Shown here piece by piece: positions 1-7,916 of a stretch of DNA of 24,000 nt; position 1 is the stretch's first letter, and the number at the start of each line of letters is the position of its first letter. The notes below the pieces were generated by a model that worked only from the letters and a program-made list of their open reading frames with translations, was not told the DNA's origin and made no database searches. Source of the stretch: Peptococcus simiae (GTDB lineage Bacteria; Bacillota; Peptococcia; Peptococcales; Peptococcaceae); assembly GCF_046569735.1 (NCBI RefSeq), contig NZ_JBKICG010000012.1, positions 30,224 through 54,223 on the forward strand, written 5' to 3'. A program made the position numbers and the translations under genes.

Positions 1-2
1 AA

Positions 3-611
3 AAAGAAATATTAACTAGCTTATCAGAAAGAGCAGACGCAGTTAGAAATAACCAAGTAGAACCAACAGAAGATAATATGCTAAAGATTACAAATGATGG
101 TAAAAAACTTGCCCTTGATCAAAGATTAATAAATCCACTACTTCCAGATGATCCTAATTCAAAGGTAAATGTATGTGTTAAAAACATCTTTTCAATCTGG
201 GATAAGACAAAAGAAAAATCATCGACCCAATTAGTATTTTCAGATATGTCTACACCAAAAGGAGATGGAGAATTTAATATCTATGATGATATTAGAAATA
301 AGCTAGTGAATATGGGAATACCAAAAGAAGAAATAGCCTTTATACACGAAGCAGATACGGATAAACAAAAAGATGAATTGTTCTCTAAGGTAAGAAGAGG
401 AGAAGTAAGAGTATTATTAGGCTCTACTCAAAAAATGGGAGCAGGTACAAATGTACAGAACAAACTAATAGCCTTACACGATTTAGACGTCCCATGGAGA
501 CCGTCTGACCTAGAGCAAAGAAGTGGTAGAATTGTTCGTCAAGGTAATGAAAATGATAAGGTAAATATCTTTAGATATGTAACAGAAAATACATTTGACG
601 CTTATTTATGG
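3..611 (+). CDS. Large SNF2/SF2 helicase-type conjugative-element protein, exon 1 (5'-partial; continues at 2953 after intron removal)
   Basis: The frame is open from the window edge (KEILTSLSERADAVRNNQVEPTEDN precedes the first Met at 78). Helicase C-terminal domain motifs are present: LLGSTQKMGAGTNVQ (motif V-like) and QRSGRIVRQGN (motif VI, QxxGRxxRxG). The exon ends on a codon boundary (TGG = W, 609..611), immediately before GTGCG at 612. The VRHEVA* tail of track ORF 78..632 is read-through into the intron. Confidence 0.85.
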
Positions 612-1187
612 GTGCGACATGAAGTCGCTTAATTTAACTGTTTAGCAAAATGACCAAACCAACTATTCCGTTAGTTGAGCCGAGTATCGACTGCACTTAG
701 GTGTGGTAAGCCGATACTAAAGTAGCCCTACTTGAGGTAAAACCGTGAGGAAATACCGAAACTGCCAGCAACAAGGTGGTTAGGGAGCGAGGCTTGATAA
801 TATGGCTAACATATGTGAACTACTGATAAATGTCGTTAAGGTGAACAGGCTAAAGTTGCTGATAAGCCTGAACCAAAATGGTGTGTAGTCGGATAATCCT
901 TTCCATAGTGGGATTACACGGACAAAAAGACTACCGGCAGAGAGGTAGAGCCTAAGTTATCAACGTTAATTAAGTGAAACATGGTAAGCCTGCACTATTG
1001 CCATAAGGCAAGGCAAATCGTAAGAAATGCTGATAATGGTGCAGGTAAAGGAGAATGGAAAAAGCGAATGCCATCTTGTAATGAGATGGGTAGGGGTTCA
1101 AAATTTGCCCTAACTTGAAAGAGTGCAGACTTCCATTTGGTTTTTAATCACAAGAGAACTTGTAGAATTTTTGAAAGGAGAAAGCAA

Positions 1188-2858
1188 ATGAACAGTAAAA
1201 TGTGTGCTACTACTAACAGAGCTAAAAACTGGGAAAGTATAGATTTTTCTCTAGCAGAAAGCTATGTTAAAAAACTACAAATGCGTATTGTGAAAGCGTG
1301 GAAAATGAGTAAATATGGAAAGGTAAAATCTTTACAACATTTACTCACAACTTCATTTTATGCAAAAGCCTTGGCTATTAAGAGGGTAACTGAAAATCAA
1401 GGCAAGAAAACAAGTGGTGTTGATGGTGAATTATGGCTAACATCACAGGCAAAATATAAGGCGATAGAAAAGCTAAATTTAAGAGGATATAAACCTAAGC
1501 CTCTTAGAAGAGTGTATATACCAAAGAAAAATGGGAAGAAAAGACCTCTCAGCATTCCTACAATGACAGATAGAGCAATGCAAACTCTATATAAATTTGC
1601 ACTTGAACCCATAGCAGAAACTACTGCTGATCCTAATTCTTATGGATTTAGGGCAAAAAGATGTACACAAGATGCTATCGAGCAGTGTTTTACATCACTC
1701 AATAAAAAGAAATCTGCAAAATGGGTACTGGAGGGAGATATAAAAGGTTGTTTTGATAATATAAGTCATGAATGGATATTAAATAATATCCCAATGAACA
1801 AGAAATTATTAAAACTTTGGCTTGAATGTGGATATATAGAAAAACAAAAACTATTTCCAACAGAAACAGGAAGTCCCCAAGGCTCGCCAATATCACCCAT
1901 TATTTCCAATATGGTATTAGATGGTTTAGAAAAAGCAATCAAAGAGAAATACCATAGAAGAACAGTAAATAAGAAAACATATTTCCCAAAGGTTAACTTT
2001 GTTAGATATGCAGATGATTTCATCGTTACAGGGGAAAGTGCAGAATTGCTTGAAAATGGTGTAAAGCCAATCATTGTAAAATTCTTGGCTGAAAGAGGTT
2101 TAGAATTATCAGAAGAAAAGACACTTATAACAAACATAAATGACGGTTTTGATTTTCTTGGAGTTAATATTAGGATGTATAAAGATAAGTTGCTGACAAA
2201 ACCATCTGATAAGAACTTCAAGGCTATTGTCGATAAAATCAGACGAGTCATAAAAGATAATCCGTCAATGAAACAAGAAATTTTGATTAGAAAATTAAAT
2301 CCAATCATTATAGGTTGGGTAAACTATCAGAAATATAATGTTTCATCTAAAGCCTTTGAAAAACTTGATTATGAAATATATAAAAGCTTGTGGATCTGGT
2401 GCGTTCGTAGACATCCAAAGAAAAGTAGAAAATGGATAGCTAAAAAATACTTCCATACCATTGGAAATAGAACTTGGACTTTCAGTGTAGCAACTGGCGA
2501 GAAAATGGAAAATGGCGAGAAATACTATCTTCGTCTTAAATATGCTACAGATACTGATATTAAAAGATTTACTAAGATACAAGCTGAAGCAAATCCATTT
2601 GATGAAAATTGGCAAATATACTTTGAAGAAAGAGAAGAGTTAAAAATACGAAACGAACTTAAAGGACGTACAGTTATAAATAGACTGTATAAAACGCAAA
2701 ATGGAATATGCCCTGTTTGTGGGGAGAAAATAACTATTGATACAGACTTTAGAGTACATCAAACAATTCAAAATAATATTACCCTTAAAACATTAGTACA
2801 CCCTTGGTGTCATAGAAAATTGCATATAAATGATGAAGAAAACACGCTGGCTCTTTAA
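1188..2858 (+). CDS. Group II intron-encoded reverse transcriptase/maturase with a C-terminal Zn-finger/HNH-like region
   Basis: RT motifs: RRVYIPKKNGKKRPLSIPTMTDRAMQ, GDIKGCFDNISH, GSPQGSPISPIISNMVLD, VRYADDFIV (YADD) and FDFLGV. A maturase X region is present (LNPIIIGWVNYQKY). The C-terminus reads CPVCGEK...HPWCHRKLH. I prefer the ATG at 1188 (MNSKMC..., preceded by AAAGGAG) to the non-ATG start at 1137 in the track. Confidence 0.93.
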   Translation: MNSKMCATTNRAKNWESIDFSLAESYVKKLQMRIVKAWKMSKYGKVKSLQHLLTTSFYAKALAIKRVTENQGKKTSGVDGELWLTSQAKYKAIEKLNLRGYKPKPLRRVYIPKKNGKKRPLSIPTMTDRAMQTLYKFALEPIAETTADPNSYGFRAKRCTQDAIEQCFTSLNKKKSAKWVLEGDIKGCFDNISHEWILNNIPMNKKLLKLWLECGYIEKQKLFPTETGSPQGSPISPIISNMVLDGLEKAIKEKYHRRTVNKKTYFPKVNFVRYADDFIVTGESAELLENGVKPIIVKFLAERGLELSEEKTLITNINDGFDFLGVNIRMYKDKLLTKPSDKNFKAIVDKIRRVIKDNPSMKQEILIRKLNPIIIGWVNYQKYNVSSKAFEKLDYEIYKSLWIWCVRRHPKKSRKWIAKKYFHTIGNRTWTFSVATGEKMENGEKYYLRLKYATDTDIKRFTKIQAEANPFDENWQIYFEEREELKIRNELKGRTVINRLYKTQNGICPVCGEKITIDTDFRVHQTIQNNITLKTLVHPWCHRKLHINDEENTLAL

Positions 2859-2877
2859 TCAGGGCTTATAAAAACTT

Positions 2878-2911
2878 GAGCCGTGTGAGGGGAAACTCTC
2901 ATGCACGGTTC
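2878..2911 (+). ncRNA. Group II intron domain V (catalytic hairpin)
   Basis: GAGCCGTGTGAGGGGAAACTCTCATGCACGGTTC is 34 nt. It forms the paired stem GAGCCGTG.../...CACGGTTC with a GGAA-type loop, at the expected position just after the IEP stop and before domain VI. Confidence 0.85.
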
Positions 2912-2952
2912 TTAGAGGGGAAGGGGATAGTAATATCCTCGACCTACTCGAC

Positions 2953-4320
2953 CAGACAATAGAGAATAAGCAAAAATTTATATCTCAAATTATGACTTCA
3001 AAAACTCCCGTAAGAGTTGCAGAAGATGTTGATGAAGCAAGTCTGTCTTATTCAGAAATTAAGGCTTTGGCTACTGGTAATCCCCTAATTAAAGAAAAAA
3101 TGGATTTAGATAATGAAGTTACAAAATTAAAAATGTTAGAAGCAAACTATAAGTCTAATAAATATAAGCTTGAAGATAAGGTAAATAAAATTTATCCTCA
3201 AAGTATTTTAAAAACTGAAATGGAAATACAAGCAGTTAAAGAAGATATTGCAAGTGTTGAGAAATTAGGAGAAGGAGATAGCAAATTCACTTCAATCAGT
3301 CTTGGTGGAAATAAAATTTTAGATAAGAAAGAGGCTGGAGAAAAGCTATTAGAAGAAATAAAAAAAGTAAAGATAAATGATAGCAAGGTCATTGGTAAAT
3401 ATAGAAATTTAGGCTTACAAGTTTCATATAACTTTATGACTAATACTCACACCTTTAAACTACTAGGAAAAGCAGAATACTTTGGAGAGCTTTCAAACTC
3501 TACTGATGGTAATATAACAAGGCTTGATAATGCAATTGAAAAAATGCCTTCAAGACTTGAAAGGTTAAATCAAAACCTTGAAAACTATAAAGAATCTTTA
3601 GAAAATGCCAAGGTAGAATTAACTAAACCATTTGAAAAAGCAGATGAGTTAAGGGATAAGACACTAAGACTAGCTGAGATTAATAAACTTTTAGATATGG
3701 GAGAAGTAGAAGAATTAGAAAACCAATCACCATTATTAGAAGATTTAAAGAGGGCGATAGTTGATTATTCTAACTATGAGTTTTCAGAATCTAATAGCTA
3801 TGAAGACTTTGATAAACTATATCCTGATTTAAGCCATATAGGACTTGCCTATACAGAAACACCAGATGGTAAGCACTCTATTCAATATGAGGTAAATTTG
3901 GAAGAAAAAACATGGACTCAGTATGTAGATAATGTTGCTATTAGAACAGAATCTTTTGTAGAAGAAGATATATCTAATTCACAAGCTCTTAAAGACATGA
4001 CTGAAGCCATAAAGATGTCAAGTTTTGATGATCTGGTATCAGTAGATGAAGAAGATTTAAAACAAGCCCTGGGACTAGAAATAGATGATGATGGAAACTT
4101 CTATGATCCGCTTGCAAAAGATCTTGATAATGACGGAATACCAGATAGGTATGACAATGATTTTAAAGATAGTGATTACTTTGAATCAACTTATGATGTT
4201 GAGGATAATCTTCACGCAAGGGAAGAGAAACCATCAATATTGGGACAAATATCAAAATTCAAATCAGAAGAAGAAAAAGATAAAAATCAAGAGAAAAACG
4301 AAAAAGGACAAGAAAGATAG
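2953..4320 (+). CDS. Large SNF2/SF2 helicase-type protein, exon 2 (C-terminal region: coiled-coil-like stretch, Asp-rich DxDxDGxxDxxD motif, basic tail)
   Basis: Open frame from CAG at 2953 (QTIENKQKFISQI, then the MTSKTPVRVAEDVDE of track ORF 2992..4320). It is in phase with exon 1 once the intron is removed. Long Glu/Lys-rich helical stretches are present. The C-terminal tail is PSILGQISKFKSEEEKDKNQEKNEKGQER. Confidence 0.8.
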   Translation, partial: QTIENKQKFISQIMTSKTPVRVAEDVDEASLSYSEIKALATGNPLIKEKMDLDNEVTKLKMLEANYKSNKYKLEDKVNKIYPQSILKTEMEIQAVKEDIASVEKLGEGDSKFTSISLGGNKILDKKEAGEKLLEEIKKVKINDSKVIGKYRNLGLQVSYNFMTNTHTFKLLGKAEYFGELSNSTDGNITRLDNAIEKMPSRLERLNQNLENYKESLENAKVELTKPFEKADELRDKTLRLAEINKLLDMGEVEELENQSPLLEDLKRAIVDYSNYEFSESNSYEDFDKLYPDLSHIGLAYTETPDGKHSIQYEVNLEEKTWTQYVDNVAIRTESFVEEDISNSQALKDMTEAIKMSSFDDLVSVDEEDLKQALGLEIDDDGNFYDPLAKDLDNDGIPDRYDNDFKDSDYFESTYDVEDNLHAREEKPSILGQISKFKSEEEKDKNQEKNEKGQER

Positions 4321-4321
4321 A

Positions 4322-4346
4322 GGAGAGCGAAAGGCTCTCCTTATTT
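4322..4346 (+). terminator. Weak hairpin/attenuator after the helicase gene
   Basis: GGAGAGC-GAAAG-GCTCTCC forms a 7-bp stem followed by TTATTT. The next gene's RBS (AAGGAGG) follows directly, so the site is probably leaky. Confidence 0.35.
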
Positions 4347-4363
4347 AGTACAAGGAGGAAATT

Positions 4364-5020
4364 ATGGAATACAAAGATATTAGAGAAAACATAGAAGAAA
4401 TGATGAATGATAACTACAAGGACTTTATAAAAGCACTTGTGAGTATAGAAAAAGGTGTTAATGATGAAAAGGCACTTGAAGAAGTCTATGTTTTATATAT
4501 GAACAATGACACAACAGGTCTACTAAGTGATGACTTTGACTATATGATTGATGACATGAAAGAACAAGGTAAGCTCATTGAAAATACCAATGAACTTGAA
4601 GAAAAAGATGACCTCATAAATCTCGTGGGTAATATAGCTGGCAAAGTAGAAAATCTTGAAAGAGAAAATGCAAATGGAGAAAAGTTTAAAGTAAGTAATT
4701 TTTCAATTGTTTCAAAAGATGATGATGGAAATAAAGTATATACCAATTGTTCAGCCTATGGAGATAAGACAAAAGATTTAGAGAATCTTAAACAAGGAGA
4801 TTTTGTTAAAATCTTCGGGCAAGTTAAAACAAGTATTGATAATAACGGGAAAGAACATAAAAATGCTCGTATTTTGTCTTCTAAGCTCTTAAAAGCAAAA
4901 GAACAAGTAAAGAGTCAATATAAGGATAAAAAGTCCATATTAGGGCAAATAAAAAGCTTTAAGACAGATGACAAAGCTAAGCAAAATAAGAAAGAACATA
5001 GCAAAGGAACAGAGAGATAA
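4364..5020 (+). CDS. OB-fold, SSB-like protein (putative ssDNA-binding protein of the element)
   Basis: Strong RBS (AAGGAGG) 7 nt upstream. The central region NLVGNIAGKVE...FKVSNFSIVSK...VYTNCSAYGDKTKDLENLKQGDFVKIFGQVKTSIDNNGKEHKNARILSSKL follows the SSB OB-fold pattern (LxGxL..., F.I, C.A.G, L.KGD.V...G). The C-terminal tail KSILGQIKSFKTDDKAKQNKKEHSKGTER resembles the tail of the preceding protein. Assigned by eye only. Confidence 0.5.
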   Translation: MEYKDIRENIEEMMNDNYKDFIKALVSIEKGVNDEKALEEVYVLYMNNDTTGLLSDDFDYMIDDMKEQGKLIENTNELEEKDDLINLVGNIAGKVENLERENANGEKFKVSNFSIVSKDDDGNKVYTNCSAYGDKTKDLENLKQGDFVKIFGQVKTSIDNNGKEHKNARILSSKLLKAKEQVKSQYKDKKSILGQIKSFKTDDKAKQNKKEHSKGTER

Positions 5021-5025
5021 ATATC

Positions 5026-5054
5026 GGCGGTCTTCGGACTGCCTTTATTTTTTT
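5026..5054 (+). terminator. Rho-independent terminator (repeat copy 1)
   Basis: GGCGGTC-TTCG-GACTGCC (7-bp stem with one G-U, UUCG loop) followed by TTTATTTTTTT. Confidence 0.8.
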
Positions 5055-5187
5055 GTTTATAAATAACTTGAGTACAAAGTATATTTTAGGTAAAAAAAGA
5101 ACAAATAAAACAAGATAGAGCAGTAAATGATAGAAAATTGTAACCAGAATGATACCGGAAATAGTTTTAAAATAATTTCGAAAGTAG

Positions 5188-5208
5188 TATAATTTCTATA
5201 TAGAAATT
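5188..5208 (+). promoter_or_regulatory. Candidate -10 box (TATAAT 5188..5193) overlapping an 18-bp perfect palindrome; putative MarR operator
   Basis: AATTTCTATATAGAAATT (5191..5208) is a perfect inverted repeat 17 nt upstream of the MarR start codon and overlaps TATAAT. The -35 element is poor. Confidence 0.45.
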
Positions 5209-5224
5209 ACTTTGAGGTGAAATT

Positions 5225-5653
5225 ATGGATTTAAAAAGAGCAATTATGGAATTGCAATGCGAGATGGTTGCAGAAAGGAATTTAGTCAATCCTAAAAATA
5301 TATCATGGTTACAATATGACATACTAAGTCAGGTAAAAAAACTAGAAAAAGTATTGCCCTCAGATTTAAGTATTATTTTAGGAATAACAAGAACAAAGTT
5401 ATCAAAAGCTTTAAAAGGTCTAAAATCTATGGGATATATTGAACAATTTCCTAATAAATTAGATGGTAGGGAGTTATATACTTCACTTTCAAATGAGGGA
5501 AGTAAGCTTTTAGAAGAAATATCAAAAAAGCACAATTCAATTTTTGAAATTGCATCTAAGTCTTTTACTGAAGAAGAACAAGAAATTTTTATAAGACTAT
5601 CGAATATACTATCCAATGAATTGAGAAAGAATAGGTTAGAAAAAGATGAATGA
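5225..5653 (+). CDS. MarR-family transcriptional regulator
   Basis: 142 aa. Winged-HTH pattern LPSDLSIILGITRTKLSKALKGLKSMGYIEQFPNKLDGRELYTSLSNEGSKLL (the D-x-R...LT..G wing). RBS GAGGTGA. The stop overlaps the next start by 8 nt. Confidence 0.8.
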   Translation: MDLKRAIMELQCEMVAERNLVNPKNISWLQYDILSQVKKLEKVLPSDLSIILGITRTKLSKALKGLKSMGYIEQFPNKLDGRELYTSLSNEGSKLLEEISKKHNSIFEIASKSFTEEEQEIFIRLSNILSNELRKNRLEKDE

Positions 5654-7901
5654 TTTCATTTATGTAGAAAAGGCTAGAACAAATAATTTAAAAAATATTA
5701 CAGTAAAAATACCTAAGCATCAAATTGTTGGCGTCACAGGAGTTTCTGGCTCAGGAAAATCTTCATTCGTATTTGATGCCATTGCAGCAGAGTCTCAACG
5801 ACTATTGAATGAAACATATTCTTCCTATGTTCAAAACTTACTTTCTAAATATAAAAAGCCAGATGTTGACTCAATATCTAATCTTCCAGTTTCTTTAGTG
5901 ATTGATCAAAAGAGGATTCGTGGAAATTCAAGGTCAACAGTTGGGACAGTTACCGATATATATTCAGACTTGAGATTACTTTATTCAAGACTAGCAAAAC
6001 CTTTCATCGGATATTCTATGAAGTATTCCTTTAACAATCCTGAAGGAATGTGTAAAAACTGCCAAGGATTAGGTATAGTTCGAGAGATAGATATCAATAA
6101 ATTAATTGACTTTAATAAATCCTTAAATGACAACGCTGTAAAATTTCCTACATTTCAAAATGGAGGATGGAGATTAACCAGGTATACGGAATCAGGGTAT
6201 TTTGACAATGATAAAAAATTATCTGATTACACTAAAAAAGAATTAGACATGCTTTTAAATTCGCCAAAGATAAAGCCTGAAAATCCTAGCAAGAACTGGC
6301 ATAAGACAGCTAAGTATTATGGAATTATTCCTCGTATTATGGAGACCTTTGTAAATGTTCAGCATCCTCAATATCAAGAAGATTTACAAAGGATTTTAAT
6401 AACAAAGACTTGTCCAGTATGTCATGGAGCAAGACTTAACAAAGAGGTTTTAAGTGCCAAGATAAAGGGCAAGTCCATAGCTGACTCTTCTAATATGGAT
6501 ATTATTAATTTGTATAACTTTATAGCTGGTATTAAAGAAGATAAGGTTAAAGAGATCATAAAAGCCTTAAAAGAAAAATTAACTAGCATTTCCCTTGTTG
6601 GCTTAGATTACTTAAAAGTAAATCAAGGAACAAAAAGCCTATCTGGTGGTGAATCTCAAAGAATAAAAATGGTTAAATATCTTAACAGCTCACTATCAGA
6701 TGTTCTCTATATTTTTGATGAACCAAGCGTAGGTCTTCATCCAGAAGATATTAAGGGGATAACAAATATTTTTAAAGCTTTAAAAGATAAAGGAAATTCT
6801 GTTTTATTTGTCGACCACGACCAAGATATGATTAAATGCTCAGATGAAATTATAAATTTTGGAGAAGGCGCAGGAGAAGATGGTGGTAAGGTCACCTTTC
6901 AGGGTACTTACAAAGACTTATTAACATCCAATACTATCACTGCTAAAGCATTTACAAAGAAACATCAAATTAATGAAACTAGGAAAAATTTCGAAGGATA
7001 TTATACTTTAGAAAATGTGTCGAAAAATAACATAAAGAATATATCGGTAAAAATTCCCAAAAAGGCGATAACTCTTGTAACAGGTCTTGCTGGTTCAGGT
7101 AAAAGTACCTTAATAAGGGAAATTTTTACAAGTAAATATCCAGATTCTATTGTTTTAGACCAGAGTCTGCCACAGGCATCGAGTCAGTCAAATATTATCA
7201 CTTATTTAAATATATATGATGAAATCAAGAAACTTTTTGCAAGAGAAAATAGGGTGAATAAAAATCTCTTTTCAGTAAGAGGAAAAGGGGCTTGCCCTGA
7301 ATGCAAGGGAAAAGGAACGATAAAACTTGATTTAGCCTATTTGGGAGACTCTGAACACATATGTGAAAAGTGTGGTGGAAAAAGATTTAATGATAAAACT
7401 CTTTCCTATAAATATAGAGGCAAGGATATTAATGAGATATTCAACTTATCAGTAAAAGATGCTCAAGAAATATTTTTTGATAATTCTAAGATAAAGCAAG
7501 TTTTAAATTCCTTAATGAAATCAAACCTATCATATATTAAACTTGGGCAGACCTTAGACACTTATTCGGGCGGAGAACTTCAAAGATTAAAAATTGCTCA
7601 GATGCTTAGTAAAGAAATAGAAGGGATCATTATCCTAGATGAGCCAACAACAGGACTTCATGAAGCAGATATTGATAAGTTAATGACTCTAGTTCGTGAA
7701 TTGGTTAGTGATGGTAATACATTAATAATAATAGAGCATAATTTATCAGTAATAAGCCAAGCTGACTGGATTGTAGACCTGGGACCTAAAGGAGGTAATC
7801 TTGGAGGAGAATTATTATTTCAAGGTTATCCTATAGATTTTATTAGGTGCAAAGAATCTTATACTTCTAAGAATTTAATAAAGTTTGTGGAGATTTATTA
7901 A
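5646..7901 (+). CDS. UvrA-like ABC ATPase, short (about 750 aa) paralog of the DrrC/Ecm16 type
   Basis: Two ABC cassettes: Walker A GVSGSGKSS and GLAGSGKST; signatures LSGGESQR and YSGGELQR; Walker B LYIFDEPSVGLH and IIILDEPTTGLH. Zn modules CKNCQGLG...CPVCHGAR and CPECKGKG...CEKCGGKR. At 751 aa versus about 940 for canonical UvrA, it is consistent with loss of the UvrB-binding domain. Confidence 0.85.
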   Translation: MNDFIYVEKARTNNLKNITVKIPKHQIVGVTGVSGSGKSSFVFDAIAAESQRLLNETYSSYVQNLLSKYKKPDVDSISNLPVSLVIDQKRIRGNSRSTVGTVTDIYSDLRLLYSRLAKPFIGYSMKYSFNNPEGMCKNCQGLGIVREIDINKLIDFNKSLNDNAVKFPTFQNGGWRLTRYTESGYFDNDKKLSDYTKKELDMLLNSPKIKPENPSKNWHKTAKYYGIIPRIMETFVNVQHPQYQEDLQRILITKTCPVCHGARLNKEVLSAKIKGKSIADSSNMDIINLYNFIAGIKEDKVKEIIKALKEKLTSISLVGLDYLKVNQGTKSLSGGESQRIKMVKYLNSSLSDVLYIFDEPSVGLHPEDIKGITNIFKALKDKGNSVLFVDHDQDMIKCSDEIINFGEGAGEDGGKVTFQGTYKDLLTSNTITAKAFTKKHQINETRKNFEGYYTLENVSKNNIKNISVKIPKKAITLVTGLAGSGKSTLIREIFTSKYPDSIVLDQSLPQASSQSNIITYLNIYDEIKKLFARENRVNKNLFSVRGKGACPECKGKGTIKLDLAYLGDSEHICEKCGGKRFNDKTLSYKYRGKDINEIFNLSVKDAQEIFFDNSKIKQVLNSLMKSNLSYIKLGQTLDTYSGGELQRLKIAQMLSKEIEGIIILDEPTTGLHEADIDKLMTLVRELVSDGNTLIIIEHNLSVISQADWIVDLGPKGGNLGGELLFQGYPIDFIRCKESYTSKNLIKFVEIY

Positions 7902-7916
7902 TAATGAGTGATGTAA

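Larger units (their letters stand above)
612..2952 (+). mobile_element. Group II intron (ribozyme domains I-VI with an intron-encoded protein in domain IV)
   Basis: The 5' end is GTGCGAC (GUGYG consensus) and the 3' end is AC (AY consensus). A 34-nt domain V lies at 2878..2911. Domain VI follows, with a bulged A at 2946, 7 nt from the 3' end. The internal ORF is an RT/maturase. The non-coding ribozyme part (612..1130) is visibly more GC-rich than its surroundings. Deleting 612..2952 joins ...FDAYLW to QTIENKQKFISQIMTSK... in frame. Candidate EBS1 is CCATAG (903..908), in the loop of stem AATCC/GGATT, complementary with one G-U to the last 6 exon nt, TTATGG (606..611). Confidence 0.9.

Noticed and set aside
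612-632. C-terminal extension VRHEVA-stop of track ORF 78..632
   Set aside because: It begins exactly at the GTGCG intron 5' end, so it is read-through into the intron, not the real protein end.
1137-1187. Upstream non-ATG start for the intron-encoded protein (MVFNHKRTCRIFERRKQ...)
   Set aside because: The ATG at 1188 has an AAAGGAG RBS. The upstream extension lies in ribozyme sequence and has no protein-like features.
1397-2615. Four minus-strand ORFs (1397..1612, 1699..1896, 1766..2308, 2343..2615) inside the intron RT/maturase gene
   Set aside because: They lie antisense to a gene with a full set of RT motifs. Their translations are Phe/Leu/Ile/Ser-rich strings typical of the antisense of AT-rich coding DNA. 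None has an RBS or recognisable motifs.
4085-4348. 87-aa alternative-frame ORF overlapping the end of the helicase gene
   Set aside because: It is fully nested, out of frame, in a well-supported CDS. Its Met/Ile/Lys-rich translation is a by-product of the GAT/GAA-rich coding frame.
5055-5187. Small ORFs in the intergenic region after terminator 1 (e.g. MIENCNQNDTGNSFKIISKVV), and similar ORFs of 20 codons or fewer at 14329..14480 and 14822..15033
   Set aside because: They have no RBS, are very short, and show no repeat of the Cys-rich precursor pattern, so they give no evidence of additional precursor genes.
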